A stretch of DNA of 64,000 bases from an uncultured bacterium (GCA_964344565.1 CAYFNT010000020.1:3881-67880), one strand, 5' to 3'; counted from the stretch's first letter, positions 9,445-19,053 are shown. The notes: generated by a model from the sequence alone, not told the origin. Numbers and translations: made by a program.

Positions 9445-10410
9445 ATGTCCTTACAACTTGATGCCAAGACCGTCCACGAACGTCTGCTCGCGGCCCTCGC
9501 CGCCATGCGCAAGGCTGAAAGCCAGGCGGTCACCCTTTTCGCCGAGGTCATGAAGCAGGGGCTCTATCGGAGCCTGGGCTACGCGAGCATTCACCTGTAT
9601 GCCGAGCAGGCTCTGTCCTTCTCTCGCAGCAAGACCTACGAGTTCATCCGTCTTGCCGAAGCCCTCGATGAGCTGCCCGCGCTCAAGCAGGGCCTCGAAT
9701 CCGGCGAGCTTCCCTGGACCAAGGCTCGTGAAGTGGTGAAAGTCGCGAAGCCCGACACAGAGCAGGAGTGGCTCGCCCTGGCCGCGAAGCAAAGCCGACG
9801 GGAGCTAGAGAAGGAAGTCGTGAAGAGTCGCGCGACGCGGGACCGCATGAAGAAGGATGCCGGCCAAACCGAGCTGATAGAGCCTGAGCGCGAGGTGCCC
9901 GCGGCGGCGACGGCGCAGTCTTTGACCCTGCGCCTGTCGCCGCTGGCGAAGGCGAAGTTCGAAGCCATGCTCGAGAAGCTGATGAAGACGCATCACTGCG
10001 ATCGGGAGCAGGTGCTGCTCATGGCGCTGGAATCGCTCTGCGCCGAGTCCACCCGGGTGGACGGCGCGGCGCCCTACCAGGTGGTGGTGCAGCACTGTCC
10101 CGAATGCGAGACGAAGTCCGTGGGACCCGAGCGCCGCCGATTGAGCACCGCGGAAAGCGCGCAGATCGATTGCGATTCACGAACGCAGACGCCTGGAGGT
10201 CGCAACAGGTCGAGCATTGCGCCCTCTCGAAGACGGGCGGTGCTGCAGCGCGACGGACACCGATGCCAGGCGAATGGCTGCCGCTCTACACATTTCCTCG
10301 AGGTTCACCACATTCGACCGCGCAGCCGAGGTGGCGGCAACGGCAAGGAGAATCTGATCACGCTCTGCTCGAACTGTCACCGGCATCTGCATGAGCAGGG
10401 ATCACATTGA
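9445..10410 (+). CDS. HNH endonuclease with long helical (DUF222-like) N-terminal region
   Basis: C-terminal VLQRDGHRCQANGC...LEVHHIRPRSRGGGNGKENLITLCSNCHRHLH; additional HCPEC; GGAG RBS. Confidence 0.88.
   Translation: MSLQLDAKTVHERLLAALAAMRKAESQAVTLFAEVMKQGLYRSLGYASIHLYAEQALSFSRSKTYEFIRLAEALDELPALKQGLESGELPWTKAREVVKVAKPDTEQEWLALAAKQSRRELEKEVVKSRATRDRMKKDAGQTELIEPEREVPAAATAQSLTLRLSPLAKAKFEAMLEKLMKTHHCDREQVLLMALESLCAESTRVDGAAPYQVVVQHCPECETKSVGPERRRLSTAESAQIDCDSRTQTPGGRNRSSIAPSRRRAVLQRDGHRCQANGCRSTHFLEVHHIRPRSRGGGNGKENLITLCSNCHRHLHEQGSH
10047..10062. repeat. Perfect 16-bp palindrome (copy 2, intragenic, in codons for ESTRVD)
   Basis: 10045-10063 is the exact reverse complement of 9272-9290. 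Confidence 0.95.
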
Positions 10411-10442
10411 GTCATGAGGCATGTGCCTGAGGTGCCAGGACC

Positions 10443-11423
10443 CTATTTCGCGCCCGCGTGCATGGCGAAGTCGGTGAACCAGACCAGGGCGGCGACGATC
10501 ACCAGAACCAGGCCCTCGCGCCGCGAGAGGCTCCAGCGGGTCCGCATCAGGAAGAGCGCCAGGAAGACCAGACCGGCGAGCACGATGAGCGAGACCCGCC
10601 CCACGGGATTGATGCTCACCGGATGCAGCATGCCCGCCACGCCCAGCACTCCCAGTAGATTGAAGATGTTGCTGCCGATGATGTTGCCCGCGCTGATGGC
10701 GTAGCGCCCCTTGATGACCCCGGCCAGGCTGATGGCCAGCTCCGGCGCCGAGGTGCCGGCCGCCACCACCGTGACGCCGATGGCCCACTCGCTCACGCCG
10801 AAGCCCCGGGCGATGGCCACGGCCGAATCCACCAGGAAATGGGATCCGAGGAGTATCGCCCCCAGGCTGAGGAGCACGAGGACGCTATCCTTGGCCAGCG
10901 AGCTGGCTTCCAGATCGATGTGCTCGACCTCCTCCAGGCCCTCGCCCCGCTGCCGGAACAGCATGATCAGGTAGATGAGCAGCAGTCCGAAGAGCAGCAC
11001 GCCGTCCAGGTGGCCGAGCTTCAGGTCGCTGCCCACGAGGGCCAGCAGCAGCAGGGTGGTCGCGCCGAGCACGGCGCCGTCGCGTTTGAGTAGGCGGGCT
11101 TGCATGGGGATGGCGCGCACCAGAGCGCATCCGCCGAGGATGAATCCCAGGTTGAAGATGTTGCTGCCCACGATGTTGCTCACGGAGATGTCGCCGTGCT
11201 CGCGCAGGGCGGCCAGCACCGTGACCGCGAACTCCGGCGCCGAGGTGCCCAGGGCCACCACGGTGAGTCCGATGACGAGCTCCGAGATGCCCAGCCTCGC
11301 CGCCAGGCGCGAGGCCGACTCCACCAGCCAGTGGGCGCCCAGGGCGATGAGCCCGATGGTGGCGACCACCACGAGTCCGTTGCCCCACATGGGCCAGGTG
11401 GACAGATCCAGGGCTCCGCTCAA
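10443..11423 (-). CDS. Calcium/sodium antiporter (YrbG/CaCA family)
   Basis: Two alpha repeats GTSAPE...NIVGSNIFN and GTSAPE...NIIGSNIFN; many TM helices. Confidence 0.93.
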   Translation of the reverse strand: MSGALDLSTWPMWGNGLVVVATIGLIALGAHWLVESASRLAARLGISELVIGLTVVALGTSAPEFAVTVLAALREHGDISVSNIVGSNIFNLGFILGGCALVRAIPMQARLLKRDGAVLGATTLLLLALVGSDLKLGHLDGVLLFGLLLIYLIMLFRQRGEGLEEVEHIDLEASSLAKDSVLVLLSLGAILLGSHFLVDSAVAIARGFGVSEWAIGVTVVAAGTSAPELAISLAGVIKGRYAISAGNIIGSNIFNLLGVLGVAGMLHPVSINPVGRVSLIVLAGLVFLALFLMRTRWSLSRREGLVLVIVAALVWFTDFAMHAGAK

Positions 11424-11579
11424 AACTCGCTCCGGCGTTTCGGGTCAGATGTTTCGGCCCGGCCAAGCTAGCACCCGCCACGGCATTAGGCAATCGATTC
11501 GCCGGGCCGCGGCTCCTAAGTTCGTTGCCCTATTATGGACCGCTTGCTATCCTGCCCACCTTCAAAGGGAGAGAGAACC

Positions 11580-12179
11580 ATGCGTACTTTCACGATTCTG
11601 CTAATGCTGGCCACGGCGGCGGGCGGAGTGATGGTGAACGACGGCAGCTTCGAGAACGGAACCTGCGGCAAGGGCAGCGACTGGACCTGCGTGACCACCA
11701 CGCCGAACTGCGAGACCATCGTGGTGGCCGTGGACACCTGGGGTTTCCCCGCCTACGACGGCGTCTTGGCCGCCTGGCTCGGCGGCACCTGCGAGAACGT
11801 GGGCATCAGCAATGGCGTCTGCCAGGACATCGTCATCAGCCCCTCCCAGCTCAACTTCTGGTGGATGGGCTACTACAGCCTCGAGGGCGAGCAGGAAGCC
11901 TGGCTGGAAGTCCATGTCGACGACATCCGGGAATACAGCCACCGGCTCGGTCCCGAGCATCACACCATTGGAACCTGGGCCCACTCCGAGGATTTATTCG
12001 GCGTGATCGATCTGAGGAACTGGGAGGACGGCCAGAGCCACACCCTCTGCATCAGCCTCGACAACGACTATTCCAACAACGGCAAGACCGTGGCCAACCT
12101 GCTCATCGACTACATCGAACTCGAGCATCCGGTGGCCACTCAGGAGCTCAGCTTCTCGACCCTGAAGGTCCTGTACTAG
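11580..12179 (+). CDS. Secreted beta-rich protein with short C-terminal SFSTLKVLY tail
   Basis: Signal peptide MRTFTILLMLATAAGG, NDGSFENG CBM-like start, ends VATQELSFSTLKVLY. Confidence 0.75.
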   Translation: MRTFTILLMLATAAGGVMVNDGSFENGTCGKGSDWTCVTTTPNCETIVVAVDTWGFPAYDGVLAAWLGGTCENVGISNGVCQDIVISPSQLNFWWMGYYSLEGEQEAWLEVHVDDIREYSHRLGPEHHTIGTWAHSEDLFGVIDLRNWEDGQSHTLCISLDNDYSNNGKTVANLLIDYIELEHPVATQELSFSTLKVLY

Positions 12180-12191
12180 CGGGAGCGGACG

Positions 12192-13169
12192 ATGAAGATT
12201 CTCATCACGGGCATCACCGGCTTCGCCGGCAGCCATCTTGCGGACTTCCTGCTCGAAGAGCAGCCCCATGCCGAGCTCCACGGACTCTATCGCTGGCGCA
12301 GCCGGCGGGAGAACATCGGGCAGCTCGAAGGGCGCGTGGCTCTGCAGGAGTGCGACATCCGCGACGCCACGGCCACCCGGGATGTGGTCGAGGAAGTGCG
12401 TCCCGACTACATCTTCCACCTGGCGGCCCAGAGCTTCGTGCCCACCAGCTGGAAGGCCCCCCAGGAAAGCCTGAGCACCAACCTCATCGGTCAGCTCAAC
12501 ATCTTCGAAGCCGTGCGCAAGGCGGACCTCGACTGCCGCATCCAGGTGGCCGGCTCCAGCGAGGAGTACGGCATGGTGCACCCCGACGAGATTCCCATCA
12601 CCGAGGACCAGCCCCTGCGGCCGCTCTCGCCCTACGCGGTGAGCAAGGTGGCCCAGGACGCCCTGGCCTATCAGTACTTCATGAGTTTCGGCATGAAGAC
12701 CATCCGGACCCGGGGGTTCAATCACACGGGACCGCGCAGGCCCTCGGTCTTCGTCTGCAGCGATTTCGCCCGGCAGGTGGTGGAGATCGAGCAGGGAATC
12801 CGCGAGCCGGTCATCCGGGTGGGCAACCTGGAGGCCCGTCGCGACTTCACCGACGTGCGCGACACCGTGCGCGCCTACTGGCTGGCCCTGAGCAAGGGCG
12901 AGCCCGGCGAGGTCTACAACGTGGCCACGGGCAGGAGCTGGGCCATGAGCGAGGTGCTCGGCAAGCTCGTGGAACTGGCCGGCGTGGAGGTGAAGATCGA
13001 GACCGACGCCGCGCGCCTGCGTCCCAGCGACGTGCCGCGCCTGGAGGGCGACGCCACGCGCCTGCGCGCGGCCACGGGCTGGGAGCCGAAGATCCCCTTC
13101 GAGAAGACTCTCGGCGACCTGCTCGACTACTGGCGCGAGCACCTTCCGGATTGCGGAGCCCTTCCTTGA
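12192..13169 (+). CDS. GDP-sugar dehydratase/reductase (Gmd/Rmd-like extended SDR)
   Basis: GITGFAGSHL, HLAAQS, SSEEYG, PYAVSK, FNHTGPR, GNLEARRDFTDVRD. Confidence 0.9.
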   Translation: MKILITGITGFAGSHLADFLLEEQPHAELHGLYRWRSRRENIGQLEGRVALQECDIRDATATRDVVEEVRPDYIFHLAAQSFVPTSWKAPQESLSTNLIGQLNIFEAVRKADLDCRIQVAGSSEEYGMVHPDEIPITEDQPLRPLSPYAVSKVAQDALAYQYFMSFGMKTIRTRGFNHTGPRRPSVFVCSDFARQVVEIEQGIREPVIRVGNLEARRDFTDVRDTVRAYWLALSKGEPGEVYNVATGRSWAMSEVLGKLVELAGVEVKIETDAARLRPSDVPRLEGDATRLRAATGWEPKIPFEKTLGDLLDYWREHLPDCGALP

Positions 13170-14107
13170 GGATTCTCGTCACGGGAATCTCCGGCTTCGT
13201 GGGACGGCACCTCGCCGCCCGACTCGCCGAGGCCGGACACGAACCCTGGGGCCTCGACCTGAACGTCGAGGCCGCCCCCGAAGGATTTCACAGCCTCGAA
13301 TGGAACCTCGCCGATGCGGAAGGTCTGGCGAGGATCCTCGACCAGATCCGGCCCGAGGCGGCCGTCCATCTGGCCGGACTGGCATCCCCGGCCGCGGCCC
13401 TGGCCGATCCGGAAGGCGCCTTCGCGGCCAACGTCACGGGCACGGAGAACCTGCTCGCCGCCATGGGCGAGGCCTGTCCGGACTGCCTCACCCTGATGGT
13501 CAGCTCGGCCGAGGTCTACGCTCCCGCCGATCATCCCCACCTCGAGAACGAAGCCCCGGCGCCGGTGAATCCCTATGGCGAAACCAAGGCCCTCGCGGAA
13601 ACCCGGGCCCTGGAAGCGGGCCGCGGCGGCGGACCGCCGGTGATCGTCGCCCGAAGCTTCCCCCATTCGGGGCCGGGCCAGCGTCCCGCCTTCGTGCTTC
13701 CCGCCTTCGCCAGGCAGGTCGCGCGCATGGAGGCCGGCCTCCAGGAGCCGGTGCTCCGGGTGGGAAACCTGGATCCCCGCCGGGACTGGCTCCACGTAAG
13801 CGACGTTTGCGAGGCCTATCTGGCCCTTATCGAGCAGGCCGATCCCGGCGAGATCTTCAATGTCTGTTCGGGAAAAGATCATTCCGTTCGCGAGGCTTTG
13901 GATTATCTTGTTAGCCTCGCCAGCGTAGCGCCCGATATAGAGATAGATCCCGCGCGGGTCCGGCCGGCCGATACGCCTCGCCTGGCGGGAAACGCCGACA
14001 AGCTTCGAGCGGCCACCGGATGGAAACCGTCAGTGGCCTTCGAATCGCTGCTTTCGAGCCTGCTGGATCATTGGAGAGACCGAGTCAACGAGGAGGAAGA
14101 GCGTTGA
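13166..14107 (+). CDS. Second Gmd/Rmd-like extended SDR (tandem paralog)
   Basis: TTG start overlapping upstream stop; GISGFVGRHL, SSAEVY, PYGETK, GNLDPRRDWLHV. Confidence 0.88.
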   Translation: MRILVTGISGFVGRHLAARLAEAGHEPWGLDLNVEAAPEGFHSLEWNLADAEGLARILDQIRPEAAVHLAGLASPAAALADPEGAFAANVTGTENLLAAMGEACPDCLTLMVSSAEVYAPADHPHLENEAPAPVNPYGETKALAETRALEAGRGGGPPVIVARSFPHSGPGQRPAFVLPAFARQVARMEAGLQEPVLRVGNLDPRRDWLHVSDVCEAYLALIEQADPGEIFNVCSGKDHSVREALDYLVSLASVAPDIEIDPARVRPADTPRLAGNADKLRAATGWKPSVAFESLLSSLLDHWRDRVNEEEER

Positions 14108-15423
14108 GCCGCATCATGATGATCGGGACGGGCTATGTGGGCCTGGTCTCCGGAGCCTGCCTGGCCGACTTCGGCAACAAGGTCGTCTGCTACGACATCG
14201 ACCGCGAGAAGATCGAGGGACTGGAGAAGGGCAAGGTGCCCTTCTACGAGCCCGGGCTCGAGGAGATGGTCATCCGCAATCGCGACGAGGGCCGTCTGCG
14301 TTTCTCCACCGATCTGGAAGAGTGCGTGGCCGAAAGCACGGTGATCTTCATCGCCGTGGGCACCCCCGAGCAGGACGACGGCACCGCCGACCTCAGCGCG
14401 GTCTTCGCCGTGGCCGGCGACATCGCCCGCACCATGGACGGCTTCAAGGTCATCGTGCAGAAGAGCACGGTTCCCGTGGGCACCACCCGGAAGATCGGCG
14501 AGCTCATCCGCGAGAAGACCGGCGGCGCGGCCGACTTCGAACTGGTGTCCAATCCGGAATTCCTGCGCGAGGGATCGGCCATCGAGGACTTCCTGCGCCC
14601 CAACCGCGTGGTCTTCGGCTTCAACGGCGACCGCGCGCCGGACGTGGTGGAGGAGATCTACCATCCCCTCTACGCCGACGGCACCCCCATCCTGTCCACC
14701 TCGCTGGAGAGCGCGGAGATGGTGAAGTACGCCTCCAACGCCTTCCTGGCCACCAAGGTCAGCTTCATCAACGAAGTGGCCGAACTCTGCGAGAAGGTGG
14801 GCGCCGACGTGCAGGTCGTGGCGCGAGGCATGGGCATGGATACGCGCATCGGCGCGAAGTTCTTGCACGCGGGCACCGGCTTCGGCGGTTCCTGCTTCCC
14901 CAAGGACACCATCGCCCTGGTGAAGATGGGCGACAGCTTCGGCGTGGACATGAGCCTGGTGAAGTCCACCATCGGCGCCAACGAGCGGCAGAGCCGCCGC
15001 GCCGTGGACAAGCTCCGCGCCCTTTCCGGCGGCGACATCAAGGGTCTTCGCATCGCGGTGCTCGGCCTCAGCTTCAAGCCCAACACCGACGACGTGCGCG
15101 AGGCCTCGGCCCTGAAGATCATCCAGCAGCTCTGGGACGAGGGCGCCGAGGTCGTGGCCTACGATCCCGTGGCCGGCGACAACGCCAAGCGCGCCATGCC
15201 CCAGCTGGAGCTGGCCGCGGGAGTCGACGACTGCGTCACCGGCGCCGACGGGCTCATCCTCGCCACCGAATGGAGCGAGTTCCGCCTGCTGGACATGAAG
15301 AAGATCGCGTCCCAGCTGGCCCATGCCCGGGTTGTCGACTGCCGCAACATCTATCGTCCCGAGCAGATGGAGGAACTGGGCATCGCCTACGACTCCTTCG
15401 GTCGCACTTCGGTGGATGCCTGA
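14104..15423 (+). CDS. ugd: UDP-glucose/GDP-mannose 6-dehydrogenase
   Basis: GTGYVGL, SNPEFLREG, KYASNAFLA, GFGGSCFPKD, FKPNTDDVRE. Confidence 0.92.
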   Translation: MSRIMMIGTGYVGLVSGACLADFGNKVVCYDIDREKIEGLEKGKVPFYEPGLEEMVIRNRDEGRLRFSTDLEECVAESTVIFIAVGTPEQDDGTADLSAVFAVAGDIARTMDGFKVIVQKSTVPVGTTRKIGELIREKTGGAADFELVSNPEFLREGSAIEDFLRPNRVVFGFNGDRAPDVVEEIYHPLYADGTPILSTSLESAEMVKYASNAFLATKVSFINEVAELCEKVGADVQVVARGMGMDTRIGAKFLHAGTGFGGSCFPKDTIALVKMGDSFGVDMSLVKSTIGANERQSRRAVDKLRALSGGDIKGLRIAVLGLSFKPNTDDVREASALKIIQQLWDEGAEVVAYDPVAGDNAKRAMPQLELAAGVDDCVTGADGLILATEWSEFRLLDMKKIASQLAHARVVDCRNIYRPEQMEELGIAYDSFGRTSVDA

Positions 15424-15469
15424 GCCCGACCCGCCTTATCCTTGACCGCGACCGTGCCGGACCCCTAAG

Positions 15470-16387
15470 ATGCCGCGCATGGGCAAACTACGAATAGGCA
15501 TCCGAAAAACCCGCATCATGCAACTGGCCGCCGAGGGCATCGCCGCGCAGATCGCGGAGGGCTTTCCCGACATCCAGACCGAGATCCTGCCCATCGAGGC
15601 CGAGATCTCGCCCAAGCCCGACGATCCCGAAGAGAACATCCGCGAGCTGGAGGACGCGCTTCTGAAGAAGCGCGTGGATCTGGCGGTGCATCTGCTCAAG
15701 GAAATTCCCGTGGCCCTGCCCGAGCGCATCGAGCTCAAGGGCGTCACGGAGCGGATGACCCCCTTCGACGCCCTGGTGTCCAACTGCGACTGCCCCTTCC
15801 TGGACGAGCTCCCCGAGGCCGCGAGCGTCGGCGTGAGCCATGTTCGTCAGAGCGAGCAGCTCGGGCTCTTCCGCCCCGACCTGCGCTTCGTGGAGTTGCA
15901 TGGTTCGGTGGACAGCCGTCTCCAGCAGATGGAAAGCCGGGATCTGGCGGGCATCATCCTCAGCGCCGCCAGCCTCGAACGCCTGGACCTGCAGAACCGC
16001 GTCACCGAGATGATCATGGGCGACATCCTGCTGCCCGGCCCCGGACAGGGCTGTCTGGGCATCCTGGGCCTTCGGTCCTCGCGGAAGTGGAACAAGATCA
16101 TCGAGACCCTCGTCGACGCCACCAGCCGGCTCGAGACCACCGCCGAGCGCGCCTTCCTCTCGCAGCTCGCCGACAATCCGGAGGTGCCCCTGGCCGTGCT
16201 CGCGGCCGTGGACTCCTCGGAGATCATCGTCGAGGGTTTCCTGGCCGATCCGGAGAGCCACCGTTCCGTGCGCGACATGGTGCGCGGACCGTCCCAGTTC
16301 GCCGAAGAGCTGGGCATCAAGCTGGCCATCGAGCTGAGTCTTCGCCTGGGCGAGGACGGCCTGGTCGCCCTGGACGCCGAAGACTGA
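15470..16387 (+). CDS. Porphobilinogen deaminase (HemC)-fold protein with degenerate active site
   Basis: Full-length HemC-like layout (DLAVH, DALVS, ILSAASLERL, LPGPGQG, AERAFL), but catalytic motifs altered. Confidence 0.8.
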   Translation: MPRMGKLRIGIRKTRIMQLAAEGIAAQIAEGFPDIQTEILPIEAEISPKPDDPEENIRELEDALLKKRVDLAVHLLKEIPVALPERIELKGVTERMTPFDALVSNCDCPFLDELPEAASVGVSHVRQSEQLGLFRPDLRFVELHGSVDSRLQQMESRDLAGIILSAASLERLDLQNRVTEMIMGDILLPGPGQGCLGILGLRSSRKWNKIIETLVDATSRLETTAERAFLSQLADNPEVPLAVLAAVDSSEIIVEGFLADPESHRSVRDMVRGPSQFAEELGIKLAIELSLRLGEDGLVALDAED

Positions 16388-16484
16388 AGCCGAGCCCCAA
16401 GCCCCGGATGCCCCTTGGCATGGCCGGGGGCCGGTGCTAGTTTGATTTCCAACTCAGATTCGTGAATCACCGGAGGCGCCGAGC

Positions 16485-17762
16485 ATGCTCGACCGCAAGA
16501 CCATCCGCCAGGACCACGAGACGGTCAGGCAGGCCATCATCGACAAGAACGAGAGCGCCGATCTGGACGCCTTCCTCGCCCTGGACGCCGAACACCTCGC
16601 CCTCATCCGCGAGGTGGAGGAGCTGCAGGCCGAGCGCAATCGCGCCAGCGCGGCCATCAATGAGATGAAGAAGTCCGGCGAGGATGCCGGCGAGGCCATC
16701 GCCAGGACCCGGGAACTGAGCCAGCGCACCAAGGAGCTGGAGCAGCGTCAGGCCGAGCTCGAAGAGCGGCTTCGCGAACTGCAGCTCACCTTTCCGAACA
16801 TCCCCCATCCGGACGTTCCCAAGGGCGGCGAGGAGAACAACGAGCTCCTGCGCGAGTGGGGCGAGCCCCTCGTCGAGGCCGACTTCGACCTGAAGCCCCA
16901 CTGGGAGATCGGCGAGGAGCTGGGCCTGCTCGACCTCGCCCGGGGCGCCAAGGTGGCCGGTTCGGGATTCCCGCTGCTCACCGGCGAAGGTGCGCGTTTC
17001 CAGCGGGCGCTCATCAACTTCATGCTCGACGTCCATCGGGAGGACGGCTTCACCGAGCTCAACCCGCCGCTCCTGGTCAACGACATGGCCGCCACGGGCA
17101 CGGGACAGCTGCCCAAGCTGGCCGACGACATGTACCACTGCGAGGAGGACGGGCTCTGGCTCATCCCCACCTCGGAGGTGCCGGTGACCAACATGTTCGC
17201 CGGCGAGATCCTCGGGCCGGAAGATCTGCCGCGCCACTACACCGCCTTCACTCCCTGCTTCCGGCGGGAAGCCGGAGCCCACGGCAAGGACACCCGCGGC
17301 CTCTTGCGCGTCCATCAGTTCGACAAGGTGGAGATGGTGAAGTTCGTGCGGCCGGAGACCAGCGAAGAGGAGCACGAGAGCCTGCTGGCCCAGGCCGAGA
17401 AGGTGCTCCAGGCCCTGGAGCTCCCCTATCGGGTCATGCTTCTGGCTTCGGGCGACCTCTCCTTCGCCGCCTCCAAGTGCTACGACCTGGAGATCTGGTC
17501 GCCGGGAGTGGAGCGCTGGCTGGAGGTGTCCAGCGTCAGCAATTTCACGGACTTCCAGGCCCGGCGCGCGAACATCCGATTCCGGCCCGGCGAGCGGGAG
17601 AAGCCCCGGTTCGTGCATACTCTCAACGGCAGCGGCGTGGCTCTTGCACGTCTTGTCGCGGCGCTGCTCGAAACGGGGCTCACTCCCCTGGGACGGGTGA
17701 GGATTCCCGAAGTCCTGCGGCCCTACATGGGCGGGCAGGAGTTCATCGGCAAGGAGGACTAG
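16485..17762 (+). CDS. serS: Serine--tRNA ligase
   Basis: LIPTSEV, FRREAG, RGLLRVHQFDKVE, EVSSVSN, HTLNGSG. Confidence 0.98.
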   Translation: MLDRKTIRQDHETVRQAIIDKNESADLDAFLALDAEHLALIREVEELQAERNRASAAINEMKKSGEDAGEAIARTRELSQRTKELEQRQAELEERLRELQLTFPNIPHPDVPKGGEENNELLREWGEPLVEADFDLKPHWEIGEELGLLDLARGAKVAGSGFPLLTGEGARFQRALINFMLDVHREDGFTELNPPLLVNDMAATGTGQLPKLADDMYHCEEDGLWLIPTSEVPVTNMFAGEILGPEDLPRHYTAFTPCFRREAGAHGKDTRGLLRVHQFDKVEMVKFVRPETSEEEHESLLAQAEKVLQALELPYRVMLLASGDLSFAASKCYDLEIWSPGVERWLEVSSVSNFTDFQARRANIRFRPGEREKPRFVHTLNGSGVALARLVAALLETGLTPLGRVRIPEVLRPYMGGQEFIGKED

Positions 17763-17829
17763 GCTGCTGAGGCGAGGCGGATTCTCTTCGGGCGAACGCG
17801 TCCGACTGCTCCTGCGGGCCTACTTTCTC

Positions 17830-19053
17830 GTGGGCAGCCTCGCCCTGCTGCTGGCCGCGGTGCTCTACGTGCGCGGCCTCACCGAGTCGGCCAGGAACGA
17901 GTCCAACTTCAGCGCCCAGGCCATCAGCCGCATGGTGGGACTGGTGCTCGGCGTCGAAGAGGACGAGCGCTTCTACCACCGTCTCCGCCAGCTCCTGGAC
18001 GAGATCGCCGAAGAGATGCCCTTCCCCATGATCATCACCGATCTGAAGGGCCGGCCCCTCTTCTGGAACGGCGTGGAGGACATTCCCTTCGACGAGAGCT
18101 ACGACTTCGACGCCCTGCGCATCATCCGGGTGGACGATCCCCCCGACGAGAACATCGCCTCGCTCATCGGGCAGGCCCGAGTGTTCCGGCGCGAGGGGAA
18201 GATGGTCCCCTACTTCCTGCCGGGCAGCGAACTGCGGAGGGTGCAGGGCTACGTCTGCTACGGCGAGAGCAACCTGGCCGGGCGCCTGGGCCGGGGCATC
18301 ACCGTGCAGCTGGTGATGTTCCTGGTCTTCCTGGTGGTGGGCACCCTGGGCTGGTTCCTGGTGAAACGCTTCGAGCAGGAAAGCATCTGGGTGGGTCTGG
18401 CCAAGGAGACGGCCCATCAGATGGGCACTCCGCTCACCAGCCTGCTGGGCTGGATCCAGCTCAGCCAGGTCCGCCTGGGCGAGCGAAGCGAGGAGTGGCT
18501 GCTCCCCGTGAACGAGTCCCTGGATGAGATGACCCGCGACCTGGATCGCCTGCAGAAGGTCAGCGACCGCTTCAACTCCATGGGGGGAGCGCCCCAGCTC
18601 AAGCGCGGCGACCTGCGCCCCGTGGTTCGCGGCACGGTGGACTACTTCCGCAGCCGCCTGCCCCAGTTGCGGGTGCAGGTGGAGATCCGGGACCACTATG
18701 ATGAGGTGCCCCTGACGGCCCACCATCCCGAACTGCTGGAATGGGTCGTGGAGAATCTCATCAAGAACGCCCTGGACTCCCTGGACAAGGAACAGGGCCA
18801 GATCAAGGTGGATCTCCGCTACAACGCCACCGAGGGCGGCGTCGAGCTTCACGTGCGCGACAACGGTCGCGGCATCCCCCCCTCCGAGCGCCGGAAGATC
18901 TTCCGGCCCGGCTTCAGTTCCCGCATGGGAGGCTGGGGCCTCGGCCTCACGCTCAGTCGCCGCATCGTGGAGGAGTACCACGGCGGCCGCCTCTACCTGC
19001 TCGACAGCATCGAGGGCCACGGTTCCTGCTTCGTCATGCGCCTACCTGCTTGA
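17830..19053 (+). CDS. Membrane sensor histidine kinase (true start may be upstream, near 17764)
   Basis: Two TM segments; H-box AKETAHQMGTPL; ENLIKNALD, DNGRG, GWGLGL. Confidence 0.92.
   Translation: MGSLALLLAAVLYVRGLTESARNESNFSAQAISRMVGLVLGVEEDERFYHRLRQLLDEIAEEMPFPMIITDLKGRPLFWNGVEDIPFDESYDFDALRIIRVDDPPDENIASLIGQARVFRREGKMVPYFLPGSELRRVQGYVCYGESNLAGRLGRGITVQLVMFLVFLVVGTLGWFLVKRFEQESIWVGLAKETAHQMGTPLTSLLGWIQLSQVRLGERSEEWLLPVNESLDEMTRDLDRLQKVSDRFNSMGGAPQLKRGDLRPVVRGTVDYFRSRLPQLRVQVEIRDHYDEVPLTAHHPELLEWVVENLIKNALDSLDKEQGQIKVDLRYNATEGGVELHVRDNGRGIPPSERRKIFRPGFSSRMGGWGLGLTLSRRIVEEYHGGRLYLLDSIEGHGSCFVMRLPA

Noticed and set aside
9445..10410. HNH protein as IscB/Cas9-like RNA-guided nuclease
   Set aside because: No RuvC motifs or PLMP start, and no evident structured ncRNA or array adjacent
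11525..13165. 860-aa ORF 11525-14107 as one large fusion
   Set aside because: The N-terminal ~550 aa is an Arg/Pro-rich shadow frame over two real genes; only 13166-14107 is protein-like
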